Source: Raillietiella orientalis
Taxonomy: Eukaryota
Assembly (NCBI GenBank): GCA_036172245.1
Contig: JAYWIR010000036.1
Coordinates: 1,364,001 to 1,428,000 of the forward strand
Reading direction: 5' to 3'
DNA length: 64,000 nt
Positions 27,337-40,658 of this stretch are shown here, one piece after another (position 1 is the first letter of the stretch; each line of letters starts with the position of its first letter). Position numbers and translations under genes: made by a program. The notes beneath the pieces were generated by a model. It saw only the letters and a program-made list of their open reading frames with translations. It did no database searches and had not been told where the DNA came from.

Positions 27337-30300
27337 CTATTTCTTTTTCCTATCGACAATGCACTTGGGGCAGTACCATTTACCTTTTGGTTTTGTAGTC
27401 AAATTTACACATGCAAAGTGAAACCATTCAATTGGACACTAAAAAATAAAACACTAAGGAGTTATAAAAAGATCATATTTACATCTGGATTATCACAACC
27501 AATCATTTCTCCATAAGATACTTGATGGCACAGGCAGTAAGTAGGCTCATTTGGATCAACAGGCATGTCTAAAACATCTGTAGGATGAGATAAAGTTCCA
27601 ATAGATAAAGCACTAGATTCCTGTGAAATGCCTTTCTTTTGCTTTTTCCTACTGCCCTTTGAACTTTCCTCATCTGAGGAAATTTGTTTCCCCTTTTTCT
27701 TTTCCTTTTCTAGAATTCTCTTTCTACCCTCTGGAATCACAAGTTACTTTATCTTTTATTAAAACAATACAATGGATTTCAAAGTTCATTTCAAAAGAAC
27801 GATTACTTTTGGGTGCATTCTGATCTAAATCTAAAGCTTGTGGATTTAATGATTTATCCTTAATTTCTGCTTCAAAGCGTGCCAATTCAGTATCCAATCT
27901 ACGTATGTGTTTATCCACCTACAACAAAGCAAAGAGTTAGAGTAAAACTGGATACAACAGTGCGAAAGTAATGACAATTTGACAAAAACGTTTCAAGTGG
28001 AATATTTATATAGTGATTAGTTGTTTACTGATGATGCATTTCCAAAACTTCTGAATTCGGAATACATGATAAGTCATCGCAAAATTTTCTCAATTTAATA
28101 AACCAAAAACTCGGCATTTAACAAATACAATATTATGAACAATAAGATAAACTCTTCACTAGCTGCTTACAATTATATACAAAAGAGAAAGGTTATATAT
28201 TCCACATTGTAATTTAATAGCTGCATGGTCAAGTTTTTCTCTTCTACTGTCTATCCATTCCACTTTGCAGTTATTCGTTATTTTCGTAATTATTAAACTA
28301 ATGTTTTGTGATTATTGGCATCAGTTTTTCAAATCTGCAAACGAATTATTTTAAAGAATATCTGCGATGATAACAACAAAACTAGTTTTGTAACTTCAGG
28401 ACATTTGCAGTCCTAAGCATCTACTATGAGTTCAGGCAGTCTGACATAGAGTTTCAGAAGATTTACACAGATTTACACGGACGTGCATACAAGTAATATC
28501 TGATCAAAAGGGAGCTGTTGAATAAGTTCCAAAGATCGCCTCTGTACAGGGGCTAAAAAGATATTCAGGTTCTAAGTGTTGAATAGTTCCTTTCAAATGA
28601 GCAATAGCTTGTGGTGAAAGAGCAGTAAGAACTTGGGTTTTTCAAACTAGGACACAAGAAACTGATTAGTGAAGAGCTGAGCATTAAAGCAATAACAATG
28701 GTCGGTTCAGAAAATCTTCGATAAAAACGACATCAGTGCATTATGCATATGAGATACAAACTGGAGTTGGGTCCATTAATATTTTATGGGATAAAAAGGT
28801 CGCCATTTGATCGGATTAAATCGTACTTTGATGTGATTTTTTGATAGGGCTTTATGCACAGACAGCTAATTTTTAAAAACTCCCCCATAGCAGCAGCTAA
28901 TTAAGTTTGGAAAAGATCAATATTTTATTTACAAAGATAGTTTTATCACATCAACAAATGCTATGAATATATGCAAAATTACTGTGCTGTTATCAGTACA
29001 AAAATCTTAATCAAATAATTAAATCAAATAAGAAAACCTGGGAGTTTCCATTAGAAGCGTTTTATTCCATTGGAAAAAAAACATAAATGATTTCACTGTT
29101 CAAAACCTGAATACATTTAGCAAAACTCATTGCAGCTCTAAGCAATCTTTCATCGACTGTTTCTTTCCTTTTTTTTGTCAACAATCAAAATGCAAATACT
29201 GAAAGTGGGCATTTTTGGTAAAAACACAACTGTGGCTAAGGCATCATGAAATCTTAAACTAAAACATCAAGTTTTCACATGCTATTCTTGCTAACAACAG
29301 AATCTCGAGGCTTAAAGCATAGGAGCCTAAAGCTTTACCCAAAACACAATATTTATATATTGTGTTTTATGATAGTTCGCAAATCTAAACGTACTTTTGA
29401 TCGAAATCATCCTATCCAATAGATGATTGCATGAGAGCATCAAGTACTAAGAGAGAACGGAATAAATACAAGTGCCTTGTTTCCAATTTAATTTGCATTG
29501 TAAGGGGAACAAAATGATATCAGTGTCTTTACAGCTACTACAATCACGTATTAAGCCATATATTTCAATAATACATCAGTTTCGAAGAGCACTGTCAGCA
29601 AAACAAGTATTTTGATGATATAATAGATATTTTGCAATAAATGAACCCATGTTTGTTCAAAATATGTATGCTGTCTGAATATAGAGGGCATGGCTCTTTC
29701 TATAATTTGTTATGATAAACTTCATTATCCAAATTTTTCTAATGAGATATGCAAAACCCGCCATTCTAATAAGGTTTTCAAAAAAATCACGTAAATGACA
29801 AGCAATAAACTAATTGTGAAATGGTATCCATGTGAATCAAGTGTTGGAGCACATATATAAACACAAATCAAGCAATAATTGCAACTGGTTTAATCATTTA
29901 CATTTGGTCTTTGTGATGCACTCAGCATCACTACTGAGTTCCTAATTAATCTGCTCTTGTAGTGTATTCCCATTAAATATTAAAATTATGTCATTAATGG
30001 TACCTTTGTACCAATTTGTAAGAATCTGATGAGTCGGTACCACTTAAAAGATCACTAAAAGAATGACCATGATGCTTCCCAATTATGCGTTCTTTACTTC
30101 GGAACCATACTAATCCCCGACTTGTTTCGATTTTTTCTTTCTCATTTAAAGAAAATGTTTAAGTGCTAAAAACTACATGAAATTAAAGATGCAGTTATAA
30201 CTTGAATAAAGCACAAATGAATAAAATGCTGCAAGGTGAGCAAACAGAATTACATGAGCAAATAACAATGTGGCAGAATATTAAGTATAAAACATAATCG

Positions 30301-33300
30301 AGATTTTCTCAATGTTTTAATTTTTGATTAGCACATATGAAAAATAATGCCACTTTTGCAAATGTGCCCACCTGTAATTTAGCATCAATCGCACTTAAAT
30401 TGACAGAAGTGTAACTGATCGGAAAAAAATTAATTATGTTTACCAATTCATATGTCTGAATAGCCAATTGAACTTTATCATCTCCAATTCCTTTGACCTT
30501 AGAAAACATTTTCTGTATCTCCTTAACTTGTTCAGCTCGTTTTTCTTGATTCGTGTTTTTAGTTTCAAAATGAGTATCAGCAAACTGATCTATCTCTTGA
30601 AGAAGTGTCTGTGCCTTTTCATCCAGATCTCTCATCAATTTAAAATTTCTTTGAAGTTCCATTGGTAAACTTTCAAGACCTTAAAACATTAATAAAATGA
30701 AATGGATCAGTTCATTTCATAAACAAACTTTCACCCAATCTGCGTTCGGATGTTCATGATTTATAATATTATAGTTATCCAATGACTTTGAAATATATAA
30801 CTGATACTCAGAAAGTTCAGAATTAAGGCACTAAAGCATGAGATTTACAAAAAAAACTGCTGGAACTCCCTTAACATGTTGCTTTTTAATTTTTATTTAT
30901 TGTGATATAAATGAGCTTTTATTCTAAACAATGAACATGTTGCCTTATAATTGCTCGCATTTCACTTTTGCCAAGATTTTTTATTTGGGTGCTTAGCCAA
31001 TCCTTTAAGAGGCTGGATGTTTTTTGCATCAGATGCTATTTTTAAAGGTATTCTAATTTTGAAACAAAAAAAAACAGAAACCAAAAATATTGTTGTCTCA
31101 CTACAATCTTTATATAGGAATAATTTTGCGTTCTGAAAATTAATCTACAAATGTTAAGCAAGTTTGTTCATGGTTTTAAGCTTAATTAAACAGCATGGCA
31201 TGAAGCAAGAAAAATCTGCTTCTTTATTTATGCATTTATTGGCAGCATTAATTAAATATCCGACTCCATTGATCAAAAATCCCTTGAATGAAATGAAATA
31301 ATATCTTTGTTTTAAATACTCTTATTTCAATAAAATAAGTAAAAGGTAAGGAAAAGCAAAAGTATTTTTTTTAAAACAAAAAATACATATATATACATAT
31401 ATTTCATTTTTAAATGAAATTTTGGCATTCCCACTGCTTGTTGATAAATGGTCTCAAAGTTCTATGGTCTACCATGTGTGCCATTAATACCAAACACTTC
31501 TCAACACTGCTTTGTGTATTTTAATATGAACAAAAATGGTCACACTCAAATAAACATAATCAAATCTAATTAATGAAATGATATAAAAAATTTAGTGAAT
31601 GGGCTACGATATTTGACATTAGGAATAAAAATGCTTCCTTCTAAACACTCTCATTAATTTATAAAGCCTCTTTAATGGAACTTCCATAACAACTGTACAC
31701 ATAACTGCTTTAAAAATTGGAATTTTATTTGGCCAAATTGATGGTAAATAAGCATTGAACTCAATCAGGAAAGACTGTTAAATATAAAATATGCAAGAAT
31801 CACAATACACAAAAGGACATGTACCTCAGTTGTGTGCATGGTATCTCAAACTTAAATGGTTCACCAAGATAGTTAGATATGTTATTTTTGTGCAAAAAAC
31901 TGAAGTGTGTTTCACATCACTGTCATGGAATAACCAAGAGATCAAATTACAAGTGAATGAATCTTTTTGACACTCCTCATTGACTTGAAATATTTTAGGC
32001 AATTCACTGAGAATGATGTTTGTAGACACCAGAAAGTATCACAAGATGTTCATTTATGTACATTTCATTTAGTTAATCTCGCCAGATTCGTGCAAATGAA
32101 TTTTGCCATTCCATTAATTTTTCTTGTCAATACAGCCCATTCAATCAAGATACTGTATTATACTGGCATTGAAAGTCTACACCTTATTTTTCCCATTTTG
32201 ATAAAACAGGTACATATTAAAGCTTTATTTGTTTTAAGTATAAAGCTCTCGCTGTTTCATGTTTTGCACTAATGCATATAAATCTCATGCAATAAATTTT
32301 GTTTCTAAACACCCCTATCAAATCATAAAATTTCGCAGATACTCCATGAGTTTATAGTTTTCATACATAAAATATATATTTGTAAAACATATTAATAAAA
32401 TTAATGACTACTAAACAATGCTTAGTTAAACAGCAAGTGCCATATAAAAATTGCCACAAATGATATTGGAATGATTTGGAGACCTCAGGTTTTCAAAATA
32501 GTATGCCTCATATTCAGGCTTATTTCCAACCAGTACTAAATACATTCTGCACTTAATTGTTGCAGCAATCCTCATATAGACAGTCTGCCTGAACTTTTCA
32601 TCATGCAGCTATTAATCTGAATTCTCTTTAGTTTCTTTATCAAAACTTCATAAAAATATAAATAAATAAATGTACAAAGTATATATTAAAATCTGCATAA
32701 CAAATCAATGTTTGTCTACCCATCACAAATACACTCCTAGAACATACAATTAAAGGAAATTTGGAGCATTGCCATTCTTGTCAATTTCGCTAAAGCAAAA
32801 AGGTCTCCAGTTTGACCCAAGGACCAACAAGTCAACAACTTTTTGAAAACTCAGCTTACATAGTAATGTTTACATTGAATCTTAACATTCGTTTCTTTTG
32901 ATGAAAAGTTATTTTTTTAAGACCTCCTACATGATAGTCATCACAGAAATCAAGAAAACCACCCAAAGGAAAACAATGATTTGAATAAATATGGTCACAC
33001 ATGGGCAGTCAAAGACACTGGAAACAGAAATTGAGATTCTCTATATTTCAAGAAAGTCCACAACATGAAAAAACAGGAAATAACCCTCTTCATGTTATTT
33101 CAATTCTACTCCTTCTCCTCAAAAAAACTTTTTTCCTCAGCAATAATCAGTATTTTTTTTTTCAATGACAATTACATAAACAAAAACCTAATAAAATTAC
33201 AGTTTTAATTAACCACAATTGCTAACATTAAACAAACTGAAAGAAAGCATGCATGATTTTGCCAGATATCAAAATTTTTTGATATCTGGCAACCAAGTTC

Positions 33301-34345
33301 TGGAACCCATCAAGCATTTGCGTTGACTTACATTAAACATTTTATAATTTCTAGGGATGTTTTCCTGGTTCTATAGGTTATGCAACTAAAATTCTATTTT
33401 TCACCTATGGCTAAATGAATGCAATATGCTCACATTTTCATTTTGAATGTGTTTTTATTATCACAATTTTCTCACCTAAAAAAAGTTTTAGATGTAAAAA
33501 ATTGTAGCACTCCATGGAAATTAATTTTTTGGTGCAAACGAGAAATTTATGAGATTCAAAATTCAAGGTACTCAGGACAAAGTTGATAATGCATAAAGAT
33601 CTTTAATGTCATATAAAAGTAAGAGTATTTATCCTAATTAAATGTCAAGGTCTCCTAAACATGTTTCTGAGCTCATGTTACTGGTAATCAAAATATAAAT
33701 AAATATGCGTGTTATAAAGAAATAAATAAAAGATTACTTTGACAAACTTTGACAAATTATTAATTTAATTTTTAAGATTACCAAAAAATGCATTAAGAAA
33801 ATTTAAAGACACTACATTACCATCGCCTTGTAGAGTTTAAGTAGCATGAAAATTTTCATATCTTTGACAACCTTGCCTACTTCAAAAGATCAGCATAAGA
33901 AAAATTTGTGCATTAATTGAATTTTACTTAAGAAATACAGATTTTTCAAACATAGCAAATATAAATGTGGATCTCGATAAACTGTCATATTAAACTGCAA
34001 CAGTCCCTGCCACCTAATGAGGCATTATATTAAACGCAAAAAAGTACACATCAGACAGAAAACAAAATATAATAAAATTGTGCATAAAAAGTTTAAACGA
34101 AAAGCATTAGAAACAAGTAATACCAATTTGATATATGAAGGTTATTTCTTTACATATGATCTCACAACTACTTCTGCTGGTCTACATGATTTTAATCAAA
34201 TGTAGTATAAATCTGCTACTAAGTCTGGCTGTTTTTCAAACACAAATACATAAGTACTTATTTGAATACTCAACATTTAAACAATTAACTTAATTCCTAC
34301 ATACTTACTATCTAAACAATTCTCAAGATACATTGTTGTCGCCAT
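27337..34345 (-). CDS. ING5: Inhibitor of growth protein, ING4/ING5 subfamily (PHD finger H3K4me3 reader), 5 coding exons, 244 aa
   Basis: Exons 34309-34345, 30444-30679, 27807-27918, 27483-27730, 27337-27438 (735 nt, GT-AG, phases consistent). The N-terminal ING domain reads [32 protein letters not shown]...[22 protein letters not shown]. The PHD reads [58 protein letters not shown]4 versus ING5 cannot be resolved by eye. Confidence 0.95.
33259..33292. repeat. Perfect 16-bp inverted repeat with 2-nt spacer in ING intron 1
   Basis: ttgccagatatcaaaa-tt-ttttgatatctggcaa. Confidence 0.85.
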
Positions 34346-35799
34346 TGAGTCTCTCAAAATGTTAATTCCTCATACTAATGCACTCAAGTCATTTTATTAA
34401 AAGGTAAATGCGGGTTAAAATTTCACACATCGTAAAGATGTGTTTGATACTATAATTCTACATTCAATTCACTTGCAGGAAAACCGTAAAGCCAAGTTTA
34501 AGGGTAAACCATTAATGTTCAAAATAGAACTTTTCACTTCGCGAAAACACAGTTTCAAACATGTTGTTTTAATATCAATTAAGGGTTACCAGTCTTTTTT
34601 TATTTGAATTAATGTTTTAGCATTTTCTAAAAGATGAGTATTTTGATGAAATCTTTATGTGATGATTTGGCTTCAAAATCCAAATCTTTGAAGGAAATCC
34701 ACCCAGAAATCTTGTATATTAGAAATCTTATAACACTTGTGCACTACAAATTACTACTTAAAGATGAGGACCAAGATCGACGATGTCGCAAATACTATAA
34801 TAAGACGAAAAGAATTCGATTGAAACGAATAAGTTTGTATTCGTTCATTCATTTTTTTTCAGCGCTTATTTATTACTTTCTTACGTCTCAATGTTTAATT
34901 TTTGTCAAATACTTTCCTTTTAAGTATTTACGAAGTTTCTTAAAATGTATGTAAATAAAAATACGACTATCTTTTCTATTGCGTTTTTATGATAGAAACT
35001 GACATAGATATCACGACATATTGAAGTCAGTTCTATTTTGTTTTCTCTTCTGTTGCCTTGTAGCATTGTGAAGTGCTTACTGCAATTCGAGAGATCGCAT
35101 TTTTGCAAATATACCAAATGAACTATCATTAGCGTCTTCACATTTAAATCTTTGTTACAGTATTCATTTGTTGAATGATTGTTCTTTGAAACGAATTTAT
35201 TGAGAAACAAGGCGATGCGTATTCCTTCTTAAAGTTCATAGTCGTTGTGCTCACCTGCAACTGATTCAGGGGACACAAAACTGTATTTTTCTAATAAGAA
35301 TTATGCTTTAGAAGAGGCAGAGTTCTAAGACATAATTTTTCTCAGAATGAATTTTATTCTGGAAAGCTTTTGGGTTCTTTTCTGTCTTCGCTGTTCCATT
35401 CCATCTTTGTTTTTTTGGCTTTTCTTCTTTTGGGTTCGATAAGTACCTCAAGAACCGTCATTCTCCTGGTAGTTCACCCAGCCCTTTAACACTGCTCCAT
35501 GCTTCCCAAGAATGCGTGTTTACGCTTCAAGATAGGGCGACAGTTCAGCTACCTTAAACTGCCCTACGAATGCAGGAAGGGTTCCGAAGAAGGGAGTCCG
35601 TTCTTCTCATGCTTGGGATGGAACCCCGAAGGGAACCTTCCCTCCAGATTGTCTCCTAAGGAATCTCTTCCCTGTTCTCTCTGGAGAGACCTCACAGAGA
35701 AGGCTACTCCTTCGTTTCTATCCGAAGGGATCCCAGAAATGATCCACTCTTGGAATTGCTTCTCCGGAGGGAACTTGCAAAGGAACCGCTCCCTGTTAT

Positions 35800-36180
35800 T
35801 CTTCTGAAGGGTCACTCCCGAAGGGAGCAGCACTCTTCGTCACACTCTGAAGAGGTATTAATCCACCAACTCCATCGTGCGAGATGAAGGAGATCCCGTC
35901 GAGTGGGGAGAGACGACTCCATTTGCACAACTGAAGGGGAACCCCGAAAGACTCCTTGAATCCTGGAAGGACCACGGAGAATCAATTTCCAGTCCTGGCC
36001 AGTCAACGAGGGCATTTGACTTTTTGGCTTCCACCAGTGTCACACCCGAATACAGGCCAACCAGGTCATCTTGCGGGGTGAACTCGAACACGCGACGCAC
36101 CCATTTCTCTGGCGTAGACCTTGCACGTTGGGATTCGAACCCGCGATGCCCGGTACCCCACGCGGAGACTGCAGCCCTCG
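35800..36180. repeat. Diverged interspersed repeat, copy 1 (possible tRNA-derived SINE-like element)
   Basis: Colinear similarity to 37270-37660, with shared blocks ctgaaggg, tcctggaagga, gcttccacca, ggccaaccag, tcatcttg, catttctc and ggagac. Carries a B-box-like GGGTTCGAATCCC on the minus strand (36130-36142). Boundaries are approximate. Confidence 0.6.
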
Positions 36181-37269
36181 AACGCGAAGAAAAGACATGG
36201 ATTCAGCTGATTTCGATGTGCACACTTTGCAAGAGAAAGAGGACCCTCGAGACCAGGCACCCTCAAACTGCTACCAACAGGCGACCCGTCACAATCATTT
36301 TTCAGGGAAATCGCCCCTTGGTCACTGAAATGATTTCATGACTCTGAAATCAGCACAGGGAATGCTCACAGGCATGGATGTGGTGAGGCGATAGATGAAC
36401 TCTTGTTTATGGATCGATTGCAACACTTCCGAGTTCATCTTCGGTGCCAGTGCTCCTGCCTGCGAGAGTCGAGAAGATTGGTCGGCTCATGAGACGCAAC
36501 TGGGCCGGTAGCATCTCGCATCAACTCGGTGATTTCGCGCGTTTCGAACCGCCCCACTTCTCCGAATCCAGTGCCAGACCTCCGTTTTCGGCAGTAAGGA
36601 TCAAGGGACAATTCGGGAGAAGCAGGAACAGGAAAGGAAAGAGGTAGATTTTCCCTCCAAGCCGAGCCCAGCAGAGGGAAACCTGCGAGAGCGTTTCTCC
36701 CTTCCATCTCGCAAGTACGCTCAGAGGCAACAAGGAGGCACCGGTGGAGTGCAGCTGTCTTTCGCGTCCAACCACTCTGGAATCTCTGGGATCCTGTTCC
36801 CGTAGCAACAGCACTGCGGCTGCACTGACTCAGTCCCGAACATTCGCCCTTTTTCCTGCGTTTGCTCCACGGAGGAAGCTGCACGCCGCGGAAACCACTA
36901 TAAATGCCTCCGCATCTCTACCCCAACACCGGTTGTCTTCCCCCTCCCTTAGAAGAACTTCACCCGGAAGGTCACGTAGCCGGCGAGCAAAAACATTCTC
37001 CCCGCAACGATGCTCCCCGCCGCCCGCAAGCAGACGTGCCCCTTTTTCCCGACCGCACAGCTCCTGGACTCCCCTAGCGCCCGCGTCCTGGGCGACTGCC
37101 TCAGCGAACCTCCGTATTCCTCCCGAAGGCATTCCGGCGCGCCGGAAGGACGCAACTCTTCTGGAAAACGCGCACCCCAGCTCGTGGCGGACGATCAGCT
37201 TCCGCCGCCAACTGGTCCGGGAGGGATTCTCGGGTGATGCGCGTTCGTTTCTAGAGCAGGGGATAAGCG

Positions 37270-37660
37270 CGCTCCTCTGAAGGGAATCTCGAAGGGAACA
37301 GCGAGCTTCTGACACTCTAGAGGGTCAACTCCCGAAGGATGAATCAACCAGCTCCGTGGCTTGCGATGGAGGGCTCCCCTCAGCGAGGGGGCTCTCTTTT
37401 CGCCACCAGAAGGGAATCCGAATGCTCCTCGATTCCTGGAAGGATCCCGGAAGGCTACCTTTCAATCTCAGCCACTCGTCGGGATCATCTGGTTTTTTCA
37501 GCTTCCACCACTGCCGCACTCGAAGATGGGCCAACCAGCGTCATCTTGGGGAGGAGGGGGGGGGGGAATCGAACTTACGATGCGTTCATTTCTCGGGCGT
37601 CGACTCTTTCCGAGTATTGGAGCCACGACGCTTGATGCTACGCGTGGAGACCGCAACCAC
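37270..37660. repeat. Diverged interspersed repeat, copy 2 (same orientation as copy 1)
   Basis: Same ordered blocks as 35800-36180. Boundaries are approximate. Confidence 0.6.
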
Positions 37661-39380
37661 GTGGTCTCCGACAAGGGCTGGAGAATAGAAGAATTCCATT
37701 TTTTTTAGGAATGTAGTTTTGCAGTTCGAAATCTCGATGTCTTTTTTTCTCCTTTAGTGCCATTTGTACTTGTTTTTATTTCTTAATGCTCTGTGTCACA
37801 GAAATAAGCTCTAGTTGGAAGAACACTGAGCATTAGATTCTACTTTTAAATGTGCAAATCCCACTTAGCGTTTTTTCTATACAACTATTACTTTATAATG
37901 AGTTTAATGATACCCTGATTATTTTACAATAATGAAAACCGTCAATGATAACCTTGAAACAAAATTTATGCCACTTAAAAAAAAATATGTTGAGTAGTTT
38001 AAGTGAAAAAAATGAGAGCACTTTACAGTGAATTGAAGAATTTGGACGATAGTGTTATGCAAAATACATAACTTTTAGCTTAAAGTATGCCATTTTGAAC
38101 ATATTATGCTAGTTTGTAGTATAATTTGAAGCTAAAAAGCATTTTCTCTTTATTCAGAAACTGAATCCTTATCTTCCACAGCACCTTGGTTAAAAATCTT
38201 TGAAACTCTGTAATGTCAACACCTGTAGTCAAGTCTTCATCTGTAAACAGTAGGATACCAGATCGAGACTGAAAAATCGAAAAAAAAAAAAAAAAAACTT
38301 CCAAGAACAACCAGCAGTCTCTTTTGCCTCCACTTAATCGTGAGAGGAATAAGAAGGAAAAAAATCGTTTTTTTTTTTTTTAGAAAATCTTTCTATTTGA
38401 AGACAGCGATACTTTAAAAAAAAAGAAAAGAAGGATCGTTATCTTAAATATGGCATTTTGGGCTCATGCGTGTTTATTTAATATCCTCTGTTCTTTTGCG
38501 TTCTCCGTGTCATTCTTTAAATGACGTTATTTAGATCGTTTTTTTTCTTCTTCACTAGTCCTTAAATATTTTCTGTGCACTTTAAACTCCTGCAGTTTCT
38601 GATGATCAACAGGAGCACTGAGTACTTTTTTTTTTTTTTTTTGCATATTATTTGGAGTTTTCTTCCCCATATTATTTGATAACGGGGTTTAGGTTAAACA
38701 TATGCATAAATTGTACAATTCTGAGCATCCAATATCCACGGCATTTCTGCCGTAATGGGATGAGTCGCCATCAACATGCACATCACTCTAGCTGGGTTCC
38801 CATGAAACCCAAAACTGATTTCATGGGTTCCGGTTGATGGGTGGCAGGAAACTAGTTTCTAAATGGAAAAGTGGAAATGACATCATCTAAGAGGAAGTGT
38901 CAACAATGCTCTGGATGCAACGCTCTCTTGAAAACCGCTTTCCTTAAATAAGAATCAGACTCAGAGAAATGCTTCATTAATACAGCATCAACATATTAAA
39001 TGTGAATATTTGAGAACCGGACTTACTTTGCATGCTTAGAAATTCGATTCCTCATATCGATGTTTGCAGTCTACTCGAGAAGTACCTCGAGAAAGTTCGA
39101 AAGGATGCAAGCAGAACAATTCTTGCAATGCTCATTAGCACTAAAACAACGTTGAAGTTTACGGTGAGGCTCATACAAATGTCCCTTGTGTAAGCATCTT
39201 CAAATACCTTCTTTTTTTTCTTTTTCTAATCTATGTTGCTTGGATACTACAATCTTCAACAAGTTACCTAGAATATTCGGCACCTCAAATCTTCCACATA
39301 GATTTTTAGCTTTCATGAAAGGGTTAAAATTTTCCATAAGTAATAGACATCCCACGAAATCGGCTAAAACCTGATCTAGA

Positions 39381-40658
39381 ATGGAGACCGACGAAGCTGA
39401 CAGCTGGCGTTCCTCAAGTGTTTGCTCTGTTTCAAGTCGTCAAGCAGCTGGGGAACAGGCCGCCAAACGATGCAGGAGCAAAACGCCAAACTACGAACAC
39501 AGTCACCGGAAATCCCCTCACAAGATGAATCAACAGTTGCATGTTGGAAGAGAACCATGCTATCAGCCTGCGCCCATCCACATAAGCAGCGCAAGAAACG
39601 ACACGTCCCGGGAAGTTGTGTTAGTTGACCAAAGTGACTCCAGCTTCCCATACTCCTCCGATGCTCTCGAGCAGCTCTTATCGACCCACGGACAGAAGGG
39701 AATGACCGGGGCCATGCTGATGCAAGAGAATGATGAGCTGCACAGGAAAATGGCCGCCATGTTGGCTCAGGAACGATTGGAGGCAGATCGCCTTCACAGG
39801 GAAGAACAAAACCTGATACGCAAAATCACTATCGCCAACCAGTCGAAAATTCATTTAAAAGGTGATATCCAGATGTACGTCAAATGGAACGATGATCTAG
39901 AAAAAGGAATCAAAGATGAAAAAAAAACACTGGCCAATTATAAAAAGGACCTGGAGGAAGAACGTGACAAATATGAATCGTATCGAACACGCTTGGCCGA
40001 CCTGACTGCGGAAATACATGATGAAATAAGATTCAGGACTGCAGGGATAAAAAATCAGAACACTGCATTACACGGGTACACTCTTTCTTGTAAATATTTC
40101 TCTATATTCATTCCTAATATTCTGGCGAAGTGGAGAGCACAGCGTTCACGCAAAATGAGAAGAGTTACAGGATTCTCAAACAGCATGTTCTTAGAATCAT
40201 TTGAACTCCTGGCTCCAGTCATTTTAGTCTTGATGCTATTGCTGCTCTTTTACATGTCGGGGATGTTCAAGATCGATTGCAAGTACAGCATGTCGAAGGT
40301 AATCCCCAAAGCTGAAGAGGATACGAGCAAAGCTAAGCCTGAGGACAAAAAAGGCACAGTGGAGGCCAAGAAGCCAGAAGAAAAGGCAAATTCAAATGAT
40401 CAGAAAGCTGGCGACGTTAAAGCCAAGGCAGAGGCTGGCAAACCCGCGAAACCCAAAGAGGCTAAAAAGCACCAGAAGAGAAAACTACGCGACGACGACG
40501 ACAAACTGGAGTACTTCCAAGAATTAGCTCCATTCATGATAGAGGTGGCTGACGAAACACAGTTCGCCGATCAGGAAGCGGTCGCAAGCGAACAGCAACC
40601 GGAGAGGAGTGTCGATGGGACGACGGAGGATTACACACAGGACACCCATTCAAACTAA
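39381..40658 (+). CDS. Hypothetical coiled-coil protein (425-aa ORF) with a central hydrophobic segment and a K/E/A-rich charged tail
   Basis: Long ATG-initiated ORF. It has a heptad-like region (ENDELHRKMAAMLAQERLEADRL...LANYKKDLEEERDKYESYRTRLADL), then LLAPVILVLMLLLLFYM, then a low-complexity KPEEKA/KAKAEAGK tail. No family recognised. Positions 40076-40288 could be an in-frame intron. Confidence 0.65.
   Translation: METDEADSWRSSSVCSVSSRQAAGEQAAKRCRSKTPNYEHSHRKSPHKMNQQLHVGREPCYQPAPIHISSARNDTSREVVLVDQSDSSFPYSSDALEQLLSTHGQKGMTGAMLMQENDELHRKMAAMLAQERLEADRLHREEQNLIRKITIANQSKIHLKGDIQMYVKWNDDLEKGIKDEKKTLANYKKDLEEERDKYESYRTRLADLTAEIHDEIRFRTAGIKNQNTALHGYTLSCKYFSIFIPNILAKWRAQRSRKMRRVTGFSNSMFLESFELLAPVILVLMLLLLFYMSGMFKIDCKYSMSKVIPKAEEDTSKAKPEDKKGTVEAKKPEEKANSNDQKAGDVKAKAEAGKPAKPKEAKKHQKRKLRDDDDKLEYFQELAPFMIEVADETQFADQEAVASEQQPERSVDGTTEDYTQDTHSN

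Noticed and set aside
36100..36200. tRNA gene suggested by GGGTTCGAATCCC
   Set aside because: No convincing acceptor, D or anticodon arms could be built. At most a tRNA-derived repeat head.
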